From the NCBI GenBank assembly GCA_964016885.1, contig OZ024740.1, positions 179,800,001-179,864,000 on the forward strand: a stretch of 64,000 nucleotides of DNA. The letters run 5' to 3'. Source of the DNA: Eledone cirrhosa. Lineage: Eukaryota. The notes under the pieces were generated by a model. That model did no database searches. It was given only the letters and a program-made list of their open reading frames with translations, and was not told the origin of the DNA. Both the position numbers and the translations under genes were made by a program. Below, one piece after another: positions 1-12,160 of this stretch. The first letter of the stretch is position 1. Each line of letters starts with the position of its first letter.

Positions 1-188
1 TGCATCCGCACCCAACCATGAGTTAAGGGTGCCAACTTCACCGATGTTGCTCAATGAATGACTGGGACAGACCAATCCGGTTGAACCAGACTGAACCAGT
101 ATCAGAGTTAAAAATACATTATGAAGAGAGAAGAAACATTTAGATATAATTAGTAATAAAATGTATCATACCTAAACTGCTCCTAGAT

Positions 189-278
189 TCCTCGACTACG
201 TAGTTTCGTGGCATAAACAAAAACAATATATCATAAAGATATAGAGTCCTTGCGAGGTCTGCCGACTTATCAAGAGGA
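189..278 (-). ncRNA. Type I hammerhead ribozyme, U3-A8 variant (copy 1)
   Basis: Reverse complement of 1967-2056. Confidence 0.75.
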
Positions 279-781
279 TACCTCATTTTACTAGTCTCAA
301 GAACGCGTCTCCACAACGTGAGAAAGAATCCCAAAAGGCGGAGGGGGAGATAGTCACGCGATATAACGGTCGAGAAACAGAGCTAAGCCTCTTATAACCC
401 CGAAGAAAATACCACGGAGGCGGAGGGGGTATTTATATCGAAGCCGTAGAAGAGGTGGTGAAGGAGGCGAGAAGTATGAGTAATGAAAGCTTTCCAGCAG
501 TCCCCACACTTCAAAGATTGCTCGACCAGAGGGAGTTATTAACAATATATTTAGAAACACACAGATACATGCGGACACACACATATACATGAATGCATCC
601 GCACCCAACCATGAGTTAAGGGTGCCAACTTCACCGATGTTGCTCAATGAATGACTGGGACAGACCAATCCGGTTGAACCAGACTGAACCAGTATCAGAG
701 TTAAAAATACATTATGAAGAGAGAAGAAACATTTAGATATAATTAGTAATAAAATGTATCATACCTAAACTGCTCCTAGAT

Positions 782-871
782 TCCTCGACTACGTAGTTTC
801 GTGGCATAAACAAAAACAATATATCATAAAGATATAGAGTCCTTGCGAGGTCTGCCGACTTATCAAGAGGA
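782..871 (-). ncRNA. Type I hammerhead ribozyme, U3-A8 variant (copy 2)
   Basis: Identical to 189-278 plus 593. Confidence 0.75.
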
Positions 872-1374
872 TACCTCATTTTACTAGTCTCAAGAACGCG
901 TCTCCACAACGTGAGAAAGAATCCCAAAAGGCGGAGGGGGAGATAGTCACGCGATATAACGGTCGAGAAACAGAGCTAAGCCTCTTATAACCCCGAAGAA
1001 AATACCACGGAGGCGGAGGGGGTATTTATATCGAAGCCGTAGAAGAGGTGGTGAAGGAGGCGAGAAGTATGAGTAATGAAAGCTTTCCAGCAGTCCCCAC
1101 ACTTCAAAGATTGCTCGACCAGAGGGAGTTATTAACAATATATTTAGAAACACACAGATACATGCGGACACACACATATACATGAATGCATCCGCACCCA
1201 ACCATGAGTTAAGGGTGCCAACTTCACCGATGTTGCTCAATGAATGACTGGGACAGACCAATCCGGTTGAACCAGACTGAACCAGTATCAGAGTTAAAAA
1301 TACATTATGAAGAGAGAAGAAACATTTAGATATAATTAGTAATAAAATGTATCATACCTAAACTGCTCCTAGAT

Positions 1375-1464
1375 TCCTCGACTACGTAGTTTCGTGGCAT
1401 AAACAAAAACAATATATCATAAAGATATAGAGTCCTTGCGAGGTCTGCCGACTTATCAAGAGGA
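1375..1464 (-). ncRNA. Type I hammerhead ribozyme, U3-A8 variant (copy 3)
   Basis: Identical to 189-278 plus 1186. Confidence 0.75.
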
Positions 1465-1631
1465 TACCTCATTTTACTAGTCTCAAGAACGCGTCTCCAC
1501 AACGTGAGAAAGAATCCCAAAAGGCGGAGGGGGAGATAGTCACGCGATATAACGGTCGAGAAACAGAGCTAAGCCTCTTATAACCCCGAAGAAAATACCA
1601 CGGAGGCGGAGGGGGTATTTATATCGAAGCC

Positions 1632-2125
1632 CATGGTTGGGTGCGGATGCATTCATGTATATGTGTGTGTCCGCATGTATCTGTGTGTTTCTAAATATAT
1701 TGTTAATAACTCCCTCTGGTCGAGCAATCTTTGAAGTGTGGGGACTGCTGGAAAGCTTTCATTACTCATACTTCTCGCCTCCTTCACCACCTCTTCTACG
1801 GCTTCGATATAAATACCCCCTCCGCCTCCGTGGTATTTTCTTCGGGGTTATAAGAGGCTTAGCTCTGTTTCTCGACCGTTATATCGCGTGACTATCTCCC
1901 CCTCCGCCTTTTGGGATTCTTTCTCACGTTGTGGAGACGCGTTCTTGAGACTAGTAAAATGAGGTATCCTCTTGATAAGTCGGCAGACCTCGCAAGGACT
2001 CTATATCTTTATGATATATTGTTTTTGTTTATGCCACGAAACTACGTAGTCGAGGAATCTAGGAGCAGTTTAGGTATGATACATTTTATTACTAATTATA
2101 TCTAAATGTTTCTTCTCTCTTCATA

Positions 2126-2128
<3 letters not shown>
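1632..2128 (+). repeat. Inverted partial copy of the 593-bp unit, ending in (TA)n
   Basis: Reverse complement of the unit (same ORFs now on +); divergent junction at 1630/1632. Confidence 0.95.
1967..2056 (+). ncRNA. Type I hammerhead ribozyme, U3-A8 variant (copy 4)
   Basis: Stem I tcctc/gagga; core TTGATAA; stem II gt(c)ggca/tgccac with long loop; GAAA; palindromic stem III actacgtagt; GUC site. Confidence 0.78.
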
Positions 2129-2160
<32 letters not shown>

Positions 2161-2306
2161 CGTGTGTGCGTATGTGAGTGTGTGTGCATGTATAGAGATG
2201 TATGTATGTGTATGTATAAGCTGACACAGCGTTTCCGCGTCCGTGTATTGTTTATATATGCGTGTGTGGATTTATATAGATATTTATATATATGTGGGTG
2301 TTTATG

Positions 2307-2394
<88 letters not shown>

Positions 2395-4326
2395 GAATTC
2401 ACAACAATCAAAGCTATGTTCAAAGCATTTATTCACTTACAATTGTTTCATCCAAACCTAGGCTTGGATCTTTGGAGCATTTTTCAATGTTTGCACATAT
2501 AATTGACCTCCTTTCCGACGCAAGAGACATACAGATACATATATATATATATATTGATGTACGGTGGAGTGACATATATTACACTATACTATTTTTGTAC
2601 AGCAATTCAAATTCAAGAACAAAATCAAAATCAAAATTAAAATCAAAATCAAAATTAAAATACATTCGGCAGATAACACAAATAATGCAGGAGGATAGTT
2701 TGATAGTCAGATCTAGTAGGTGGTGCATGCGTTAGTTACACATGGAGCATGCAAGTGTGTCTCATTTTTATACGATTATTGTGTGGCAAGGTGTTACATG
2801 CAATGCAAGCACTTTAAGCGGGTAAGCAAGAGTATTATGGTGGTTGTAGTGGTAGGGTATTTTTAGTATAGATCAAAAAAGTATGTGTGCAGAAAAAAGA
2901 AAAAGAAGAAGCATAAGAATTATATATGCAAGTATAACTTGATGGATAGATTAATGACATTGTAAATGAGGGATGTATTTGTCTGCCCTATAGATGTATT
3001 TTGTTTTGTCATGCAAACAGCCATACGCTGCTCCATAACTTACCAGGGGTTATGTAGACAAAGTTCTAATAGGTCCTCTGATGTGTTTTGAGAGTAGGCT
3101 GTATTTACAGTGAACTTTGATATAAAGATATGGCACTTTGTATGGGAAATTCAATTGTAGCACTAGATAATAAGGAGTAATCAACTTACTATAGATACCT
3201 TTAGTACATTATGATAGAGTAGACTGTATTTAAAATTGAAAACTCGATATAAATATATAACCGTTTATATAAGGGACTCAATTGAGGCACCGTATAACGT
3301 ATGTTAGAACAATGAATTTATTTATGAGAATCAGCTAGTTACCCCTCCCCCTCCTTACACATTGACTCCTCTTAATTACACACATACTTCCGGGTATAAG
3401 CTACTGTAAATTCTCGCAGCAGAAAGAACCTATTCTATAAATATGGATTAAATAACACTGAGCCTCAATACACTACAATAATTTAATGCAGCAAACATTC
3501 ACTACGGAATCATCGTTATTTATGTGATGGATGTAAAAACTATAATTACTTTTTCTGAATGTGAAAATGGTGGTGTATACGAAAACTATAACTTTATTTT
3601 GCTTCTTCTTTTTCTTTTTCTTTTTCTTTTTCTGCACACATACTTTTTGATCTATACTAACAATACCCTACAACTACAACCACCATAATACTCTTGCTTA
3701 CCCGCTTAAAGTGCTTGTATTACATGTAACACCTTGGCACACAATAATCGTATAAAAATGAGACACGCTTGCATGCTCCATGTGTAACTAACGCATGCAC
3801 CACCTACTAGATCTGACTATCAAACTATCCTCCTGCATTATCTGTGTTATCTGCCGAATGGATTTTAATCTTTATTTTTATTTTTATTTTTATTTTGTTC
3901 TTGAACTTGAATTGCTGTACAAAAATAGTATAGTGTAATATATGTCACTCCACTGTCCATCAATATATATATATATGTATCTGTATGTCTCTTGCGTCAG
4001 AAAGGAGGTCAATTATATGTGCAAACATTGAAAAATGCTCCGAAGGTACCAAGCCTAGGTTTGGATGAAAGAATTTTAAGTGAATAAATGCTTTGAACAT
4101 AGCTTTGATTCTTGTGAATTCTATATAACTGCTCTGTAGAACAACTGATGTTATTACATTGAGCTATTTATCTTACTGGTAATAAGGAAGTATTAAATTA
4201 CTGACCTTCACTGTTTAAGGTTTAAAATATACTATAAAAAGTTTAATATATACATAACCATAAATAGTATCCTTAATATTATTAACTGCTCCATGCTGTT
4301 GAGCTAACATACATTAAATTACCAGT

Positions 4327-6873
4327 ATGCTGATCAAAGACCAACTTCCTATGTCAACCGAGAACATACCAATACCATCAAAAAGATACATACGAGAAAT
4401 TATTGATCAATAGTGTCAACTCCTTTATGAATAGAGTGAGATGGAGGACATTCCATTATGATAAAAACAAATCTAACAAAATTGATGATACTAACAAATT
4501 CGACTCTTTCGGCTTTAACACTTTTAGAAGACCCCCCCCCCCAACACACTACTAAACTCCTTTGAAAATGACCTAATAAAACTAGTTAAGAACATTAAAT
4601 ACAAAAAGCATCGTAATAGAAACAACACCTTCTTTAACAAATTTAACTCCTCTATTAATGGATTCAAAACAAGTAGTAAAATTATTGTGCATGCGCACAA
4701 AACTAATAACATATACATCCTAGATTATGATACATATAGAAAGTTTATATATAATGAACTACACAAGAGCTAAAGAAAACTACTATGAAAAACCTAGAAG
4801 ATATTAATTTAGAAGGCCGTAATATAGTGTCCAACCCCAAACTCCCCTAGATTCTCTCTGAAGGACCATAAGGAGGATTTCATTAGTAACCCTTCGATTA
4901 GACTAATCCGCCAAGCCTGACATTGACATTATCAGTAAGACAATTTTAGATAAAATCATTCCACAGATTAAACACAAAATATACCTTAAACAGTGGGGAA
5001 ATACGGGTGAAGTTATTGAATGGTATAAGGATATCAAGGAAAACAAAAATTTAAAATGTATTCAAATTGATATCAAATCATACTACACCTCTATTTCCCC
5101 TATCCTATTAAATAAGGCACTAATTATGGCCATGAACAATAGTGACCTGACTAGACCCCAGATTGACGTCATACTTGCGGCCCGCAAAACCGTAATAACT
5201 TTTGAAGACCACTTATGGACCCGCAAGGATACGCATAACAACTTTGACAAAACCATGGGATCAAGGGACTCAGCGCAGGTCACTGATTTGGTGGGCCTAT
5301 ACCTACTAAACGAAATCCATAATGACCTTCCATACCTCAACGGTGGTTTGTACCGTGACGATGTGCTACTCCTTATAGAATATAAAAAATTTAATATAGA
5401 GAGAACTAGAAAACTATTGCTCAAGACTTTCAAAAACTATAACCTAAGTATCACCGTAGACAAAAACACTAAAAACGTTAACTTCCTAGATGCCACCCTT
5501 TACCTAGACTCTAAGATATATACACAATTCCATAAACCTAATGAAAAACTGATTTACGTAGATACCAAGTCTAACCACCCTAGATCAATATTAAACTCTA
5601 TCTCTAAAGGAATATCCAATAGAATCTCTAATCTATCTTATGACGAAACCATATTTAGCAAAAACTCACAATACTATAATCAGGCATTAGCTAGATCAGG
5701 ACATAATAATGAGATCGTGTTCCTACCTATAAAAACACATAGTTACAACATTATTTCGCACAATATGTCCATGAAGAAAAATAGTAATAAGAATAATAAC
5801 CACACACACACTAGTACGAAGGTTGGCAACAAACGAAACTCACACCAGAGAGGACACCAAAATACCATAACGAAAACACCTCACCAGACATAAAAAGCAA
5901 AAATAGAAGAAGAACTAATACATTTTTCAAACCCCCTTTCAAACTAAACGTCTCTAACAACCTACCTAAGGCTTTCTTCTCACTCCTGGATAATAACTTC
6001 ACATCTGGCCACATGTACCATAGTCTTATAAATAAAAACACCATTAAAATATCCTACTCTACCACGCCTAACATAGCATACCACATAGCTAGTAGCAATA
6101 AAAGGAAGATTAATACTTACTTTCAACAAACTAAAACACAGCAGGGGGTAAACTTTCAAAACAACGTAATATCTGCAAACCCTGATATCAATAGTAATAA
6201 TAGTAATAACACTAGTGAAATCAATAACCCTGGGAGCGACAGCCCCCATAGCCGTAATGCAATAACTAGCAACCATACTTCTACACAACATAATAACCGG
6301 CAGGTTAACATCCAAAAATATTGTAACTGTAGATATAATAGAACCTGCCCTTTAGATAAAAACTGCTTAATCAAAGACATCATATATTCATGCACCGTCA
6401 GAACTAGCAACTCTTCTGAAACCTATATAGGCTCTACTTCGAACTGCTTCAAAACCAGATACAATTCACACCTCCATTCTTTAAGAAAACATAGTCTAGC
6501 CAACTCCACTTCACTATCTAGCTACATACACTATCTAACAACTAGAAATAGATCTTATACACTTCAATGGGAAGTGATAGGTAAGGAGGCATCCTACAGA
6601 CCACCTAATAAATTCTGTAACCTCTATCTACTAGAGACCCATACTATAATCTTCTCGAACCTTAAGCTCCTTAATAAACAAAATCGGAGGTGTTTGCGTC
6701 GTGCCAGCACCGCTTCCGGCACTCCTTCCAAAACTTTAAACCCAATATATAACAATGTCAGACTTGAACCCATCACCGCTTCTAACATCACACCTCAAGG
6801 GCACGCCTTAAACCAAAACACCACACTCTCTGATCCACCCTATCTCGACATAAATCATTCCATCTATCTATAA
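4327..6873 (+). pseudogene. Disrupted PLE polyprotein (RT plus CxC linker plus GIY-YIG endonuclease), possibly Hydra clade
   Basis: TMGSRDSAQVTDLVG, GLYRDD, VNFLD, SNHP (5126-5893); CNCRYNRTCPLDKNCL, IIY...YIGST...FKTRYNSH, LLNK (6013-6873); upstream ENIPIPS and RVRWR fragments with frameshifts and stops. Confidence 0.93.
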
Positions 6874-8102
6874 CTTTATACCCTATAAATATCCCCATAA
6901 ACACCTACTTTTAATATAATTACTTTCATTCAATTATAAGTATGTAGTGATATAATACAGTCTATATACACTTTAAATACTAGATACGGCAGTGAATGCA
7001 ATTGTAATTAAATGTATAGAGTAATAACATTGGATATTTATAGGATTAATTTATTAACATATGGGATCTCTCTAACTTATATATAGGGTGCTGCAATGAA
7101 TTATATGTGAATTATATAAGAATTATATATGCAAGTATAACTTGATGGATAGATTAATGACATTGTAAATATAGATGTATTTGGTTTTGTCATGCAAACA
7201 ACCATACGCTGCTCCATAACTTACCAGGGGTTATGTAGACAACATTCTAATAGGTCCTCTGATGTGTTTTGAGAGTAGGCTGTATTTACAGTGAACTTTG
7301 ATATAAAGATATGGCACTTTGTATGGGAAATTCAATGTTAGCACTATATAATAAGGAGTAATCAACTTACTATAGATGCCTTTAGTACATTATGATAGAG
7401 TAGACTGTATTTAAAATTGAAAACTAGATATAAATATATAACCGTTTATATAAGGGACTCAATTGAGGCACCATATAATGTATGTTAGAACAATGAATTT
7501 AGTAATGATAATCAGCTAGTTACCTCCTCTTACGCATTAACTCCCCTTAATTACACACATACCTCCGGGTAATAAAGAACTGTAAATTCTCGCAGCAGAA
7601 AGAACCTATTCTATAAATGTGAAAATGGTGGTGGATACACAAACTATCACTTTATTTTGCTTCTTCTTTTTCTTTTTCCTTTTCTTTTTCCGCACACATA
7701 CTTTTTTGATCTATACTAAAAATACCCTACCACTACAACCACCATAATATTCTTGGTTACCCGCTTAAAGTGCTTGCATTCCATCTAACACCTTGCCACA
7801 CAATAATCGTATAAAAATGAGACACACTTGCATGCTCCATGTGTAACTAACGCATGCACCACCTACTAGATCTGACTATCAAACTATCCTCCTGCATTAT
7901 CTGTGTTATCTGCCGAATGTATTTTAATTTTGATTTTGATTTTAATTTTGATTTTGATTTTGTTCTTGAATTTGAATTGCTGTACAAAAATAGTATAGTG
8001 TAATATATGTCACTCCACAATCCATCAATATATATATATATATGTATCTGTATGTCTCTTGCGTCGGAAAGGAGGTCAATTATATGTGCAAACATTGAAA
8101 AA

Positions 8103-8149
8103 TGCTCCGAAGACATCAAGCCTAGGTTTGGATGAAACAATTGTAAGTG
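8103..8149 (+). ncRNA. HHR-like motif of PLE1 pLTR (CCGAAGA core); other copies 4036-4082(+), 2434-2479(-), 52877-52923(+)
   Basis: tgct-CCGAAGA-(tccaagc ctag gtttgga consensus stem II)-GAAA-caattg-TA-agtg. Confidence 0.62.
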
Positions 8150-8373
8150 AATAAATGCTTTGAACATAGCTTTGATTCTTGTGAATTCTATATAACTGCT
8201 CTGTAGAACAACTGATGTTATTACATTGTGCTATTTATCTTACTGGTAATGAGGTAGTAATAAATTACTGACCTTCACTGTTTAAGGTTTAAAATATTCA
8301 TACCTATAACAAGTTTAATATATATATAACCATAAATAGTATCCTTAATATTATATACATATATATATATATA

Positions 8374-8930
8374 TAATTGGTCTGGGATGCTTAAAGCATC
8401 CGTAAGCGGTAGGCCGTTTGAGCACTCGATGCTCTTACAGAGCAGAGTTTAATATCATATAAGAAACGGAGTGGGGCGACGAATAATATTTATTAGACAT
8501 ATTACAATAGTTTCTCTGGCGAACAGCTCAAGGCACGATCGATGCAATGATCAAACCTGACACTGAAATGGCAAGATCCTCAGGTATGTCTCGATCCTAC
8601 GAAGCAGAGTTTCCAAATGTAGAGCTACACTCGCGGCCTTCACTCGGCAGCTTAGATCCTGTTGTTTTCATTCTATGAGTGGTCAAGAATTGCACACGTC
8701 ATTGGTATTTTTGGACACTCGCGACCGTCGTATATTTGGTTCCTTTCAATTGCCACCTGTCAATCAAAGTTGTTTCTTATATCGGAATTACTACTGTAGG
8801 AGGTAAGGGGTTGCCTTCTTGAACCGGTCGCGTCTTGTCGCAGCCCTGCTGGCCTGTAGGCTCACACACCCATTTTCATGTATCACCCAGGCGTGTTAGG
8901 TATCGGCTTATACCCCCACACCAATCAAAT
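8374..8930 (-). mobile_element. Non-coding PLE pLTR-like element (family B), 3' end at (TA)n; right boundary uncertain
   Basis: Shares HHR and terminal segment with 24392-24606. Confidence 0.6.
8495..8591 (-). ncRNA. Type I HHR with long stem II insertion (family B)
   Basis: agacatac-CTGAGGA-~60 nt-GAAA-ctattg-TA-atatgtct. Confidence 0.65.
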
Positions 8931-9899
8931 ACACACCCGCAACTTTATAATATCCGACAATCACAGTATATATTAAAAGTGTAGCGAATAATTAGAAAGG
9001 AAAACACATTTTAAAAATACATTTAAAAGCGCATTTAAAAAATGTTTAAAAAGATGTTTCAGAAAACACACCCTTAAAATACCTTAAAAAACCCAAATTT
9101 CAAAAGAAAACCCTATAAAAAGAACGTATTTAAAAGAATGTTTGGAACAGCCCTTCAAGAAAGTTATTTCAAGGTTAATTTTGCCGTTATTCGCATATCC
9201 ACAAACACGCATTGTACTCAGTGAATCAGAAATACTTAAGACATATATAGATGAAAAAATTGAGAATCTACACGTAGATATGCATACACCTACACAGACA
9301 TGTTCATACAATTAGATACACCCGGACATGGATACACATGCTTGTATGCATGTATGTGTGCACACACATGCATACATATACCCGCGCATGGGCATGCACA
9401 TGGGCATGCCTATACGTCTAAAACAAATTGCACATACTTGATGAATACCTACACGTCCACACACGCACACGCAACTGTGCATACAGTATTATATGAGATA
9501 ACGTTCTTGAGGCTTTGACTCAACCCATATTAGGCTGAAAGTGCACACACAATATGCATAAATGCAGTATCTACGTATTAGCCATATACTAGTCACATAT
9601 AACGTGGGTGGGGGGCACATATATAAAAATGCGTGTACTTACATAAAATAAAATTAAAATAAAATAATATAAAATAAAATAAGATACTGGAAAAAGGGAT
9701 GTAATTATGAAAAATATGCAAAGGGGGTATCTGTTCACGCCATCCGGACATTATTGTGATTTGCATAAAGTTGCATAAAATACATGAAGATTGCGATGCA
9801 TAGGGTTATATAAGATGCAGGTTATATATATGTATACAGGACTATATATTTGTGTATTTGTATGTATATGTGGTTGAGTGTTCATGTATATATATATAT

Positions 9900-10692
9900 A
9901 TATATGATATGTTGGTATTTTTTTATATACACATATATGTATGTATATGTGTATATATTGGTATGTATGTGTCTATATGTGTGTGTGAACGTATGTATGT
10001 TGTATATATGTGTACATAGGGTTTGAGTATTTGTTTGTTTGTGAGAACATATGTGTTTTTTCGTGTAGGTATGCGTGTGTGTGTGTGCGTTACACAAATG
10101 CGTATATATCTATATATGTTTATATGTAAATATGCATATAAACACACACACACACACATATATATATATATGTGTATGTGTGTGTATTTGGTGTATACGT
10201 TCGTATGTGTGAGGGTATATGGGTCTGCTGGGTTTATCTACGTGTGCTCGTGTTTATGTGTATGTGCATGTAAATGTATGTATGGCGTGTGTTTTCGGGT
10301 ATGCAAGTGCATGTACGTATATAAATGTCTGTATGTATAGTATATATTCAATTATTTTTACTTTTATGATTTTAATAACCTTTGTCATTTTCGTTCAACA
10401 AATTCGGTTTCCTAAATAGAATATTAGTCAAATGATTCCATTTATACCATACACGTGGTTTCGTCTTTGCGTGTAATTGTCCACATAACGATTTATTATC
10501 TTCGCTTTTTCCTGTTCATTGCCAGGGAACGTTACCACGAACCAAAGTATCGTCTTCCTGTTCTCCTTCGGCTGCAACTTTTTTCTAAATATTTACTTCT
10601 GCATTCACAGATTGATTTGTTTAGTTTCAGAAGATACCATTAAGGGTGAAAGCAGCGATTATTTTCTTTAACTTTAATCTGTTATTTTAATA

Positions 10693-10694
<2 letters not shown>
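9900..10694 (+). repeat. Unclassified interspersed repeat (family C) with HHR-like end; homologue at 22340-23270(-)
   Basis: e.g. gccagggaacgttaccacgaaccaaagtatcgtcttcctg matches the reverse complement of 22476-22515. Confidence 0.75.
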
Positions 10695-10775
<81 letters not shown>

Positions 10776-11726
10776 TTACGTATTTGATAGGGGGCTTCTT
10801 GTTTTATTCATTGATTTCAAAGTATTATGAACAGCCCCATTGTGGATGGAAGATGTCCTCTAGAAATGACGTCTATTATATGATAGACCTTTTAAGCTTC
10901 CGTTAGACAACAAATATTGTAATGCAAAATAACATATTTTAGAAAGCAGAAAAGAAAGAAACAAAATAGAATGTAAATTTAGTAGAAAATTGAAATCGAA
11001 ATATAATTAAATTTGGGAGATAAAAGTCATGGCATATTTATTGAATATTTCAACTTTAATAAACTTCTAAATCAAATAAAATTTTTGCCTAATATTAAAG
11101 TTTGTCAATTTTCATTTATAGCTTAGTTAAACTGAAATATCAAATAAATGTGTGCTGATATAGCCAAATATATTTTTAGAATTAAAATAAATAATAATGT
11201 ATAGCAATTCAAAATGCTAAACACTTTTAATATACGATGACGCTCAATAAACACATTTAAATGATTTACTCCCTATGTACAGAGCAGTGTTTTCAGCTTG
11301 TGCATATACATGGATGAACAGAGACGTATAAAAATAATGATTTCTTTATTTCTTTATTTATAAAAATAATGTCAACTCCATTGTAGATGGTCTTACATAA
11401 GTATATACATATAATAAATATGTCGCAGGAAAAATGATTTGATATTTAGATATGGCGTTCGGAGTATGATAGGAAGCGACTCTGGCCTTTTCTGACATTC
11501 TCTAATACTGCAAACATCCCACTTTTCACCGGGTGTCCATTCAACTTCTATATACCGAGTAGAAAACGTACGATTGTGTCAGATATTTTATGTTCAGCAT
11601 GACGTATGTCGTGACTATAGAATTTGACATATGTGTGTTTATCTCCACAGGAGAAAACTAGACACAAGTGTGAAGACATTCATACATATTATTGCGTTCC
11701 CTTTTATTAATCTTATTAAAATATGG

Positions 11727-11830
11727 AGGCGCCTGGACTAGAAGTAAGGGTGTTGGAATTACGATCATAATATCGTGGGTTTGATGCCTAGGCTACTTTG
11801 TGTGTTGTGTTCTTAAGCAAAACATTTCAC
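11727..11830 (+). mobile_element. Degenerate tRNA-derived SINE head (second SINE family)
   Basis: ggcgcctggactagaagtaaggg (A-box-like), ggtttgatgcc (B-box-like), gtgttcttaagcaaaaca (CORE-like). Confidence 0.5.
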
Positions 11831-12000
11831 GAAGGAAGGAAAAGAATATAGGATGGAGGATTAAGATTGTATGAATGCGACATGGTCTCAAACATTAAAA
11901 TATGCTCTTCAGATCTCAAACTCCTGCAGGTTCAACGAATTAATTTGTCCTATGTTCTCTTCCTTCCTTCGAGTTAACTCACATCGAGCCGCAGGTATTT

Positions 12001-12123
12001 GTCCTTGGAGATAGTATTTTACCCGACGCCGCTTCGACGGTGTTTTGCTGTTCTAACAGTTTTCCCGTTTCCCTTTAAAAAAAATGATATACATATATAT
12101 CAACTAAAAATCGTTTGACATAT

Positions 12124-12160
<37 letters not shown>

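Larger units (their letters stand above)
1..1630 (-). repeat. 593-bp identical tandem repeat (2.75 units; window opens inside the array), one HHR per unit; retrozyme/PLE pLTR-like
   Basis: tgcatccgcacccaaccatg recurs at 1, 594 and 1187; identical short ORFs are offset by exactly 593. Confidence 0.95.
2393..8352 (+). mobile_element. Penelope-like element 1: inverted pLTR (2393-2915), direct 5' pLTR (2916-4283), ORF, 3' pLTR (7118-8352); flanked by (TA)n
   Basis: 2916-4283 matches 7118-8352; 2393-2915 is the reverse complement of about 3600-4122; RT and GIY-YIG remnants lie between. Confidence 0.93.

Noticed and set aside
140-2105. Repeated 64/104/84-aa ORFs in the 593-bp unit
   Set aside because: Non-ATG starts, no recognisable domain; they recur only because the DNA is repeated.
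11875-11915. Minus-strand CTGAAGA...GAGA..GTC motif
   Set aside because: GAAA box mutated and no stem I.
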